Assembly (NCBI GenBank): GCA_964016885.1
Contig: CAXHJY010000489.1
Location: forward strand, 128,298 to 192,297
Direction: 5' to 3'
Length of the DNA stretch: 64,000 nt
Source: Eledone cirrhosa
Taxonomy: Eukaryota
Each line of letters opens with the position of its first letter. The stretch's first letter is position 1. The notes beneath the pieces were generated by a model. That model was not told where the DNA came from and did not search any database. It saw only the letters and a list, made by a program, of their open reading frames with translations. Positions 1 through 10,744 of the stretch are shown here, piece after piece. The translations under genes and the position numbers were made by a program.

Positions 1-253
1 CTAGCTCACACTGTAAAGTCGTCATGTAGGAGTCACAGTAAAAAGTACCTAGCCCATACAGTAAAGTGATTGTGTAGGAGTCACAACAAAAGCACCCAGC
101 CAACACTGTAAAGTGGTCATGTAGGAGTCATGGCAAAAAGCACCCAGCACACACTGTAAATGTGATTGGCATTAGGAAGGGCATCCAGCTGTAGAAATTT
201 AGCCAGAAACAGTTTTGTATGAGCATAGAAAGTGGACGTTAAACGACGATGAT
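1..253 (+). mobile_element. RTE-related SINE-like element / LINE 3' module with ~48-bp internal tandem units
   Basis: Repeated cacactgtaaagtggtcatgtaggagtca...aaaaagcacccag units, then ttaggaagggcatccagctgtagaaa and the tail gtggacgttaaacgacgatgat. The same module ends the RTE-B copies. Confidence 0.75.
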
Positions 254-601
254 ATTAATATATACTGATATACTAAAATAGTTTGGTTATAAATATTGGC
301 TAAATCTGTGTCTAAGAGTACAGCCCGTTACATGGTCAGATTGTTGGAAACTAAACCGGCAACCTCACCAAGCTCACTTAGTGTAGTGAGAATTACCTGA
401 GTGAATGGGTCTACTCTGAGTATGCACCTGGAGGCTGGATACTTCAGAGAGGAGAGGGGCACCTTTCTAGGGTGCTCTTGGTGATTTGGGATCTGTAGGT
501 TTCCTAAATTACCCTAGGTGATATATATAAATCCCCTCTGCCCTTGTTCATTTCAATTGATTTTGCTCCTAGTGGCCAATAAAGAAAGAATTATATTATG
601 T

Positions 602-752
602 CCTGAGTTCAAATCCTCTTGAGGTTAGCTTTACCTTTCATTCTTATGGGGTTACTAAAATAAAGCACCAGTAATGCACTGGGATCCATTTAATTGTCTT
701 TCCCATTCTTCCAAAATTGTTGGCCTTGTGTCTAAATCAGAAACCATTATCA
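602..752 (+). mobile_element. tRNA-derived SINE (Meta-domain-like), 5' truncated
   Basis: B-box gagttcaaatcc, then ctttacctttcattcttatggggttactaaaataaagcaccag and ggccttgtg. Homologous to 9521-9712. Confidence 0.7.
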
Positions 753-957
753 TGTCCTCCCTCAAAATGGATCTTAATTCCTGGTTTAGACAAAATTGTG
801 GACCCCTTCCAGTGGTCTACTATTGTTCCCTTCTTTTCAGTTTATAAACCTTTAGTATTATCCAAGCCATTCCAAGCAAACAGGGTTTCTGTAACATTTC
901 CACTTTGAGATTCAGGATTAGTTTTTTATATCAATCTATCAATGTTCTTTGTGAAGG

Positions 958-2418
958 GACACCCACTGGTATCACACCCACTGGTATCACACCCACTGGT
1001 ATCACATCCACTGGTATCACATCCACTGGTATCACACCCATTGGTATCACATCCACACCCACTGGTATCACATCCACACCCACTGGTATCACACCCATTG
1101 GTATCACACCCACTGGTATCACACCCACTGGTATCACACCCACTGGTATCACATCCACTGGTATCACATCCACTGGTATCACACCCATTGGTATCACATC
1201 CACACCCACTGGTATCACATCCACACCCACTGGTATCACACCAATTGGTATCACACCCACTGGTATCACATCCACTGGTATCACACCCACTGGTATCACA
1301 TCCACTGGTGTCACACCCATTTGTATCACATCCACTGGTATCACACCCACTGGTACCACATCCACTGGTATCATACCTACTGGTATCACATCCACACCCA
1401 CTGGTATCACACCCACTGGTATCACATCCACACCCACTGGTATCACAGCCACTGGTATCACACCCACTGGTATCACATCCACTGGTATCACATCCACTGA
1501 TATCACACCCACTGGTATACTGGTATCACACCCACTGGTATCACACTCTCTGGTATCACACCCATACCCACTGGTATCACATCCACTGGTATCAGACCCA
1601 CTGGTATCACACCCACTGGTGTCACATCCACACCCACTGGTATCACATCCACTGGTATCACACCTCTGGTATCACATCCACTGGTATCACACCCACTGGT
1701 GTCACATCCACACCCACTGGTATCACATCCACTGGTATCACACCCACTGGTGTCACATCCACACCCACTGGTATCACATCCACACCCACTGGTATCACAT
1801 CCACTGGTATCACACCCACTGGTGTCACATCCACACCCACTGGTATCACACCCACTGGTATCACATCCACTGGTATCACACCCACTGGTATCACATCCAC
1901 ACCCACTGGTATCACATCCACTGGTATCACACCCACTGGTATCACATCCACTGGTATCACACCCACTGGTATCACATCCACACCCACTGGTATCACATCC
2001 ACTGGTATCACACCCACTGGTGTCACATCCACACCCACTGGTATCACATCCACTGGTATCACACCCACTGGTATCACATCCACTGGTATCACACCCACTG
2101 GTATCACATCCACACCCACTGGTATCACATCCACTGGTATCACACCCACTGGTGTCACATCCACACCCACTGGTATCACATCCACTGGTATCACACCCAC
2201 TGATATCACATCCACACCCACTGGTATAACATCCACTGGTATCACACCCATTGGTATCACACCCACTGGTATCACATCCACCCACTGGTATCACATCTGC
2301 ACCCACTGGTGTCACATCCACACCCACTGGTATCACATCCACACCCACTGGATCACACCCACTGGTATCACATCCACTGGTATCACACCCATTGGTATCA
2401 CACCCACTGGTATCACAA
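958..2418. repeat. Minisatellite of mixed 15-bp (atcacacccactggt) and 21-bp (atcacatccacacccactggt) units
   Basis: Directly visible tandem array. Both units are multiples of 3, which explains the long overlapping ORFs on both strands. Confidence 0.97.
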
Positions 2419-2451
2419 CCAGATTCTTGAATTATTATTATTAAGATGGTA

Positions 2452-2806
2452 GATTGGCAGTACTGGTAGAGCATCAGACAATATGCTATGCTGCATAGAG
2501 TTATGACCCTTTACGTTTTGAGTTCAAATAGAGTACCAGTAACACACTGGGAGCAATTTAATCAACTTTCTCCTCCTCCCAAAATTGTTGGCCTTGTGCC
2601 TAAATCAGAAGCCATTATTATCACTGTTATGGCAGCAGAGGGTCAGACGCCATACTTTGACGCATAGAGTTACAGCCCTTGCCATTCTGAGTTCAAATCC
2701 TGCCGAGGTTAACTTTACCTTTCATCCTTACGTGGTCGATAAAATAAAGTAGCAGTAATGTACTGGGTAATTGCTGGCCTTGTGCCAAATGTAAAAACAA
2801 TTATTA
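2452..2806 (+). mobile_element. Two tandem tRNA-derived SINE copies (Meta-domain-like)
   Basis: Head gattggcagtactggtagag, B-box gagttcaaat, core ctttcatccttacgtggtcgataaaataaagtagcag and an aacaattatt tail. Confidence 0.75.
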
Positions 2807-3496
2807 TCACTATTATGAGATCAACATAATTGTTTCTAGCAAATGTGTTCCAATCCAAAAGAAGGAATAATGGTCTAAAGACCTTGTTTACTTTATGTCT
2901 ACAATTGTGTAGACATCTGATAATACTTGCATATTTCTCAACTTCCTTTAGTTCTTATCTTTTCCCTGGAACTCCTTTTTCAATTCTATCCAACATCTTA
3001 AACATTTCCTTTTCTTAATTTTCTTTAGTTCTGCAGTAATAATAATTACTTTTTTAATAATGTTTTCATAAATACATCAGAAGTTTCTTTTCTTAACATA
3101 AAAAAACGAATTTGGTACTTCCTAGAAAAAAACATGCTAAAAAATATATTTATGTCTCACAAAATATGTGGGAAAATATCCTAACAATATTTACAGTTCT
3201 TACTATTCTTATCTGGGAATGGACTTATCACTTATTGGGAACCTTTTAAAAATAGGGCTCATGTATCATTCCACAAAAACGGATTCCACAAAAAAGAGTT
3301 CCTTTCGTTATGACTGACCATAGGTTTGCACCGAGAGACTGTCTCTCTAATGTATAAGCCTGGACACAGTGTTTTGTGGAAGACCAATAGTCACCAACAC
3401 TATATATAAGGTTTTCCTAGAGAGAAGCAAAAGCTGATAATACAGTTTGGCACCACTGTAATTGCAATTCATATATTCATATATATATAGTATGTA

Positions 3497-5316
3497 TGGA
3501 GGCTGAGAGTAGGAGGTTTGCCAATGTTCTGCGACGGTAAGATCAGAGGCGTGCAGTGTTCCACATTGCAAGGCAGTGTATCAATGCAAATAAGGATGTT
3601 GTTGGAGATAAATGTCCGGAATGATGCGGTACACTTAGTGTCACAAATGATCAGAAAAAGGAGGTCGGGAAATGTCATTATGAGAGACTGATGAATGTGG
3701 AGAACGAATGGGAGAGAGAGAAATTACCCTCAGTAGATCCGACAGAGGGACCAGCTATTGAGATTGACGAATATAGGGTCCAAGAGGCGATTAAGGAAAT
3801 GAAAAATGGTAAGGCTGCTGGACTAGCGGGAATAGTTGCTGAGATGCTGAAGACATCAGGAAACGTAGGCACTAAACTGGTTGCACGCATCATCAATCAA
3901 GCTATATATGGTGGTGTCATACCCAAAGACTGGTGCAGCAGTATTCTCATAAATTGCTACAAAGGTAAAGGGATGCTCTGGAGAGGAGCAATTATAGGGG
4001 TATAAAAGTGATGGATCAGGTTATGAAAGTGGCAGAAAGGATATTAGCACAACTAATTAGAGAAAGGGTCAAACTAGATGAGATGCAGTTTGGTTTTGTG
4101 CCTGGGAAAAGTACAACAGATGCCCTCTTCTTGGTGAGACAGTTACAAGAGAGGTTCTTAGAGAAGAATAAGCCACTATACTTAGCTTTTGTTGACCTAG
4201 AGAAAGCCTTTGATAGGGTACCCCGATCTGTCATCTGGTGGTCCCTAAGGAAACTAGGTGTTGAGGAATGGCTTGTGAGGACAATGCAAACTTTGGTCAG
4301 AGGTGCTATCAGTAAAGTCAGGGTAAGAATGGACTTTTGTGAGGAATTCCAGATACAAGTAGGAGTACATCAAGGTTCGGTCCTCAGCCCGCTCTTGTTC
4401 ATTATAGTCCTCCAAGCCATAACAGAGGAGTTTAAGACTGGCTGTCAATGGGAACTTCTCTATGCTGACGATCTGGTTCTTATAGCAGAATCAGTAGAGG
4501 AGCTAGAGCATAAATTCTGGCTATGGAAACAGCAGTTGGAAGCAAGAGGACTGAGAGTGAACCTAGCTAAGACAAAAGTGTTGAGTAGAAAAGAGGACAA
4601 AACTCTGATTCCGTCAGGGAAATGGCCATGTTCGATATGCAGAAAAGGAACTGGCATAAATTCTATAAAATGCACACAATGCAGATCCTGGGTACACAAG
4701 AGATGTAGTGGGATAGCAGGCAAACTAACAGGTAGGGAGAAATACGTATGCAGTAGATGTACAGGGAAATTAGACAGTAGAAGTCGCATTGATAGACACA
4801 TTTTTCAAATGCAGGAGGGTGCTATAGAAGTGGTGGATAGCTTCCAGTACCTAGGAGATCAGATTAGCATGGGAGAGAGGTGTTCCGAAGCCATAGTATC
4901 TAGAATAAGGATGAGTTGGAAGAAGTTTAGGGAGCTGCTTCCTCTGCATGGTAGTGAGACATGGGCAGCAACTGCAGAGGATATGCGACGGATGGAGAGA
5001 AATGAGGCAAGCATGCTCCGTTGGATGTGCAATGTCAATGTGCATGAACGACCCAGCATGGATGTGTCGACAGAGAAACTGTGTCTGAGAGGGATAGAAC
5101 GTAGTGTGCGAGAGAGGAGACTGCGGTGGTATGAACATGTGATGCGCATGGAGGTTGACCGATGGGTGAAGAAGTGTCAGGAAATGCCAGTTCAAGGAAG
5201 ACGTGGTAGAGGTAGACCACGAAAAACATGGGCGGAGGTGGTGAGAACAGACCTCAGATCGCTGAAGCTCACGGTGGAGATGACGAAGGACCATGACAAG
5301 TGAAGAGATGCTGTGC
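3497..5316 (+). mobile_element. RTE-clade LINE family A, 5'-truncated and frameshifted RT
   Basis: ORFs 3691-4005 and 4008-5303 contain QFGF, AFVDLEKAFDRV, GVHQGSVLSPLLF, LLYADD, HGSETW and RGRPRKTW. Closely matches 38920-40820. Confidence 0.95.
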
Positions 5317-5381
5317 GAATTTCAACCGTTGAGGTTGTCTTTTGTCCGGGTATGTGAATATTTATTTATAAAACAAATCTG

Positions 5382-5447
5382 TATTTTATCTGATGAAAGC
5401 GCACCATAATTTTGCTTGGTCGCCCTTGAAATATATATAATAAAATA
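5382..5447 (+). ncRNA. Minimal type-I hammerhead ribozyme motif (putative PLE pseudo-LTR)
   Basis: tattttat-CTGATGA-(aagcgcacc...ggtcgccctt)-GAAA-tatata-TA-ataaaata. Stem I is a perfect 8 bp, stem II is eroded, and loop III is palindromic. Confidence 0.7.
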
Positions 5448-5621
5448 ATTATGGTTTTATAAATATAGTTTCCATTTATTAATATATTGTATATTTACTC
5501 CACTAAACTGTTGAGTGCATTATATCAGTTATAAAAATGTTTAAGCTTGTTGAATCCCAACAAATTAAATATAACCTCTGCATATATATATATATATATA
5601 AGATGAAATTTTTATATATAT

Positions 5622-7407
5622 CATTAAGTTAGTTGACCAGGTCATGAAGGTCACAAAAAGAGTTATAGCACAACTAATAAGATAATAAGAGAGCGAATTG
5701 ATCTAGATGAAATGCCGTTTGGGTTTGTGTCAGGTAAAAGTACCACAGACGCTCTTTTCCTTGTACGACAACTACAAGAGAAGTACCTAGCTAAAAGTAA
5801 ACCCCTCTACTTAGCTTTTGTAGACATGGAGAAAGCTTTTGACAGAGTCTCCCGCTCCATTATCTGGTGGGCTCTTAGAAAACTAGGTGTAGGTGAATGG
5901 CTTGTGAGAGCTATACAAGCTATGTATAATGAAACAGTCAGTAAGGTTAGAATTAACAATGAATATTGTGAAGAATTTAGTGTAAAAGTTGGCGTTCATC
6001 AAGGCTCTGTCCTTAGCCCCCTCTTATTTATTATTGCCCTTCAGGCTATAACAGAGAAGTTCAAGACCGGCTACCCATGGGAACTCCTATACGCAAATGA
6101 TCTAACGCTCATAGCTGAATCAATGGCTGAACTAGAGAAGAAATTACAAACATGGAAGCATGGCCTAGAATCAAAAGGCCTTAAAGTTAACTTGTCTAAG
6201 ACTAAAGTTCTAGTTTGTAGAAAGGAAAATAGGGCGCAGGTGCTCTTAGGGAAATGGCCATGCTCAGTGTGTAGGAAAGGAGTAGGCATAAATTCCATTT
6301 TATGTCCCAAATGCAAAGTATGGGTACATAAAAGATGTAGTGGGATCACAGGTAAACTATCTAAGAACGTAGACTTTATATGTGGCCAATGCTCAGGTGC
6401 AATAAGTAGCAAGTGTCCCAAGGATACTAGCTCCTTCTATTGCCCAGATGGTTCTATAGAAATAGTAGACACTTCCGTTACCTGGGTGACGAAATCAGCA
6501 GTGGTGGAGGGTGTTCTGAAAGTACAGTAGCCAGAGTCAGAACGGGATGGAAAAAGTTCAGAGAGCTTATACCGCTGTTGGCCACAAAAGGTTTCTCTCT
6601 AAAAATGAAAGGCAGTTTGTATGATGCCTGTATACGAACAGCAATGCTACATGGCAGTGAGACATGGGCATTACGTGCAGAGGACCTGCGTAGACTGGAA
6701 AGGAACGAAGCATGCATGCTCCGTTGGATGTGTAATAGTAATATACGTGAACAGCAAAGCATAAATGAACTAAGTGAGACATTATGAATAAGAGGGATCA
6801 GTTGCTGTTTACTTGAGAGAAGACTACGTTGGTATGGTCACGTGATGCGCATGAAAGACGACAGCTGCATAAAAAAGTGCAGGGCGATCAAAATTGATGG
6901 TAGTTACGGAGTAGGTAGACCCAGAAAAACCTGGGATGATCTCACACACTTACATCTCTCTAAGACAATGTCTCTGGACCGAGATCTTTGGCGCTACGCA
7001 GTAATACAGAAGACCCGCCTTGCCTATGTACAAAGCGAAACCTACAGTCAGTAGGCACCTCTTAACCAAATATACACTCCAATCCACTACCCCTACCATA
7101 TCCACCCACTCCCACCAACAGCACGAGAAAATGAGATCGAGATCGTGTAGGTGTCACGACAAAAAAACACTCACAGTCCACGCTGTAATGTGGTCGTGTA
7201 GGTAACACGGTAAAAAGTTCCCAGTTCCACACTGTAAATGTGGTTGGTGTTAGAAAGGGCATCCAGCCGTAGAAAACCTGCCAGATAGTCCTATATGAGC
7301 GAGACACGGTCACCCGACCAGCCTTGCCTCAAGTGGGACAACTCCCGTCTAACCCATGCTAACGTGGAAAATGGACGTTAAACGAAGATTATGATGATGA
7401 TGATGAT
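5622..7407 (+). mobile_element. RTE-clade LINE family B, 5'-truncated, with 3' UTR and (gat)n tail
   Basis: ORFs 5712-6530, 6440-6787 and 6842-7054 carry RT motifs (YANDL here for YADD). The 3' UTR matches 17630-18145 and 30439-30840. Confidence 0.95.
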
Positions 7408-8079
7408 ACATATATATATATATATCGACCTTCAGCCTGACACTGCTATGACTGATACACTCCCTTCCCTGTATATATCGCATGCATGTATGTTGTTGCG
7501 TGTGTGTGTGTGTGTTTATACGCGTGCTTTCATACTTGTATGTGTATATATTTCAATCCTTAGTACCTGAGTCTGGATGTGCGTTAACTCTATTATCTTA
7601 CAATTTCTTTTTCAACATATATGATATACGTATTTGTGGTCACACATACACTGATATGCTTGCCCTCATATATGTACTTACGCACACATTTTTTCACTAT
7701 ACATATGCATTTGTATATACACACATATGTACATTTGTGATATATATCTCTTGCATTACTTTTATATATATCTCTTGCATATATATATCTCATGCATTAC
7801 TTTTATTTATATATTTTTTTGCCCGTTAAACTTTTGTCTTTCTTGAGGAGATGTTTCAAATATTTCACTATGATTTAAAATGCCTTGTTCGACGAATGAA
7901 TTAGGACGTTTCTTGTATTCGTCTTATTCGGGAAACCTCTGGTAATGAGGTAATTATATTGTATTGTTTATTATACATTAAATTTAGCTCTGGTACTTAC
8001 ATAGAGCACTCTTCACTCCTATGACTTTTTCAATTTTCAACGGAAACTTCAATACTTATATATATATATATATATATAC

Positions 8080-9485
8080 GTGGGAAAGTAAAAAATCGGA
8101 GAATAGACCGTTAAAACATGTTTATTTAAAACAGCACCTACGTACGTTTCGCCCAGTTGGGCTTCTCAAGGGCATAAATAATAACAAGTGTTCCTTATAT
8201 TGCTCGGAAAGAGTTTTGGGGGTTAAATCCACATCAAGGTTCATTGCTCGCAAAAATATCTTGTTTTGATTTTGCAGCAGGTCAAGGGAGGTAACTCTGG
8301 CCGGTGTTAGGGCAGTCTTTCCGGGACAATTTTTTTTTTTTTGCCGCATCTGTTTGTCTGAGGCTGAGTCTGGTACGCAAGGATTGTTTCCTGGGTGTTA
8401 TTTTGCAGCGCCTGCCCGCCGGGGTGTTAAGACTTGTTGCAGGGAGATCCGGTGTACGGTTTCACTCTTCATCCTTAACCCATCTGAAGAAGGATATTTT
8501 TAAGCGATGTGTACAACGTATCGCTGTTTCAGCTCTGCTGTTGATGAGCTCGTGGGGTGCAGTTATGATGTGGTAGAGCTCCATGAGGCAAAGATCGCAT
8601 TTCCTCTTGAAGTTGTATGGTGCAGCCCTGCCGACAATCTCCCAGTGCGTGGAGAAGCTGATGTTTAAGTCCTTTAGTGATGTGATGTAGTCCGCGAGCG
8701 AAGTGGAGTGCCTTAGTTTTCTATTTGTGAAAGAGTAGAGATGTGTTCGAAACCTAATTTTGAACGGGCCGGAGGTAGACCCTATTTAATGTTTAACGCT
8801 ATTGTGGCTGGTAATAGTGCATCTATATATAACCCTATCAGTCAAGCAGTATCCTCTAAGGGGGCAGCGTCCTCTGTCGCGGCAGTTGCAATTTCTGTCG
8901 CGGTTCCGTCTATTTCCCACGGTAAGGCTATCATTGTTGCTGCCTACGTTGTTACCTACGCTACCGCAGCTGTCGTTAGCACCATTACAACCCCCAGCAC
9001 GCGGGGTGGTGCGATTGTTATTACGCACGTCATGTCCTGCATGTTCCCCAGTCATTTCGCGGTTATGCTGGTTGCGTCTGCGGATGCCGTTGCCAACACT
9101 ATTGGATGCTGCCAGGGAGTAGTTAAGGCCGATATAGTTATTGTCAGGTGTAGATGCGTCTGTGTCGAGGTGCTGTGTCTTGGTGATCTTACTGTGGTTC
9201 GTTGTTCCTATGATGTCTGCTAGGTTAGGAGTAGTAGAGAAGGATATTTTTATATTGTTCCTATTAAGAATTTTTCTATACCTCTGGTTGGGCGGGAAGT
9301 TCTTCTCTAAGGCTTCGAAGAACATCCGGGGTATGTTGGAGACCACACTCCGAGAGTAGGGGGGGGGGGCGTGGAACCACAGGACGTTACGGTGGCGATT
9401 ACGTGTCCTTGTACTTTTGCTACTGGTGGTTCCATCTAGGTGACCGCTCTTATGTGTGTTAATGCGCAGTTCAAGAGTAACCAAT
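8080..9485 (-). mobile_element. Penelope-like element remnant (GIY-YIG endonuclease; resembles the Hydra clade) with 3' pseudo-LTR
   Basis: Frame 9484->8462 reads RNVLWF..PPYS..LEKNFP..ILNRNNIKISFS..CNCRDRGRCPLRGYCL..VIY..H*IGSTSGPFKIRFRTH..STSLADYI..CDLCLME. A single TAA replaces the YIG tyrosine. An HHR lies downstream. The clade call is from recalled motifs. Confidence 0.88.
8134..8173 (-). ncRNA. Minimal hammerhead ribozyme, U3-A8 core variant
   Basis: Minus strand reads gccc-TTGAGAA-gccc aact gggc-GAAA-c gtac g-TA-ggtgc. It lies in the 3' region of the PLE. Confidence 0.7.
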
Positions 9486-9520
9486 CTTAAAGAGAGAGAT
9501 GTAAACGGACATTATTATTG

Positions 9521-9712
9521 TGGATTGGCAGTATCGGTAGAGGGTCGGACGCCATGCTTTCCAGCATAGTTACGTCCCTTTACGATCTGAGTTCAAATCC
9601 TGCCGAGGTTGACTTTGCCTTTCATCCTTACGAGGTCGATAAAAATAAAAGTACCAGTAATGCACTGGGTTATTGCTGGCCTTGTGCCTAAAGTAGAAAC
9701 AATTATTATTAA
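9521..9712 (+). mobile_element. Full-length tRNA-derived SINE (Meta-domain-like)
   Basis: A-box-like tggcagtatcggtagag, B-box gagttcaaatcc, core gcctttcatccttacgaggtcgataaaa..agtaccag and an (att)n tail. About 10 copies occur in the window. The Meta-domain label is from memory. Confidence 0.8.
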
Positions 9713-9810
9713 TATTATTATTATTATTCTCTACATTCCTTACATCAAACTAAAATATGTTGACAATCTTTTAATAATGTCTTCCTTGTGGTCTTGTTTT
9801 GCTTAACTAA

Positions 9811-9892
<82 letters not shown>

Positions 9893-10058
9893 TATTATTT
9901 TTGACCGTCAGTCAGTCAATGGCAACATTGAGGACCGAGTAAGTTAGATTACCGATATAAAAGACAGCGAGAAGCGAAAACCAACCAAACAGTGAGTGTG
10001 TTCTGTTATTAATTCTGGCAATATTACACAAATATGACCCTCCCCAAGTATAACAATG

Positions 10059-10170
<112 letters not shown>

Positions 10171-10213
10171 TAGGTAAATATACACGGGTGTGTATGATTG
10201 TGTATAGAAGATT

Positions 10214-10406
10214 ATATTAATAAGAGGAATTCCAACTTTGTCTGATTTACTCGTTTTATTTACAATCCTTTAAAATATATATAATATGGTATTATAATGA
10301 AATAGTATGATAGAATATTAAATTCTAAGTGTTAATTGAACAAGTACTTTCATGCTTTCGCAATCTTCAGGTTCATGATATGTGGTGACAGTCGAGTTTG
10401 CAATTT

Positions 10407-10409
<3 letters not shown>
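10214..10409 (-). mobile_element. Solo PLE pseudo-LTR containing an HHR (10337-10375)
   Basis: Near-identical reverse complement of 35106-35300, which follows a GIY-YIG C-terminus. Confidence 0.85.
10337..10375 (-). ncRNA. Minimal hammerhead ribozyme motif
   Basis: tgaac-CTGAAGA-ttgc gaaa gcat-GAAA-gtac-TT-gttca, identical to 35140-35178. Confidence 0.72.
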
Positions 10410-10661
<252 letters not shown>

Positions 10662-10664
10662 CTA

Positions 10665-10722
10665 ACTGCCTGATGAGATCATAGCCATTCAATGGCTATC
10701 ATCGAAATATATATATAGCAGT
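10665..10722 (+). ncRNA. Type-I hammerhead ribozyme motif
   Basis: actgc-CTGATGA-gat c atagccatt c aatggctat c atc-GAAA-tatatata-TA-gcagt, with a canonical core and a long stem II. Confidence 0.85.
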
Positions 10723-10744
10723 AAATAAAGGATTATGTATGAGT

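Noticed and set aside
905-2474. Long Thr/Pro/Gly-, His- or Cys-rich ORFs resembling mucin or adhesive proteins
   Set aside because: The 15/21-bp units are stop-free in most frames on both strands and the frames swap at indels. There is no credible start or splice context, so these are minisatellite artefacts.
2950-3036. Minus-strand MFKMLDRIEKGVPGKR* with an amidation-like end
   Set aside because: There is an in-frame stop just upstream and the ORF is too short, so it is probably chance.
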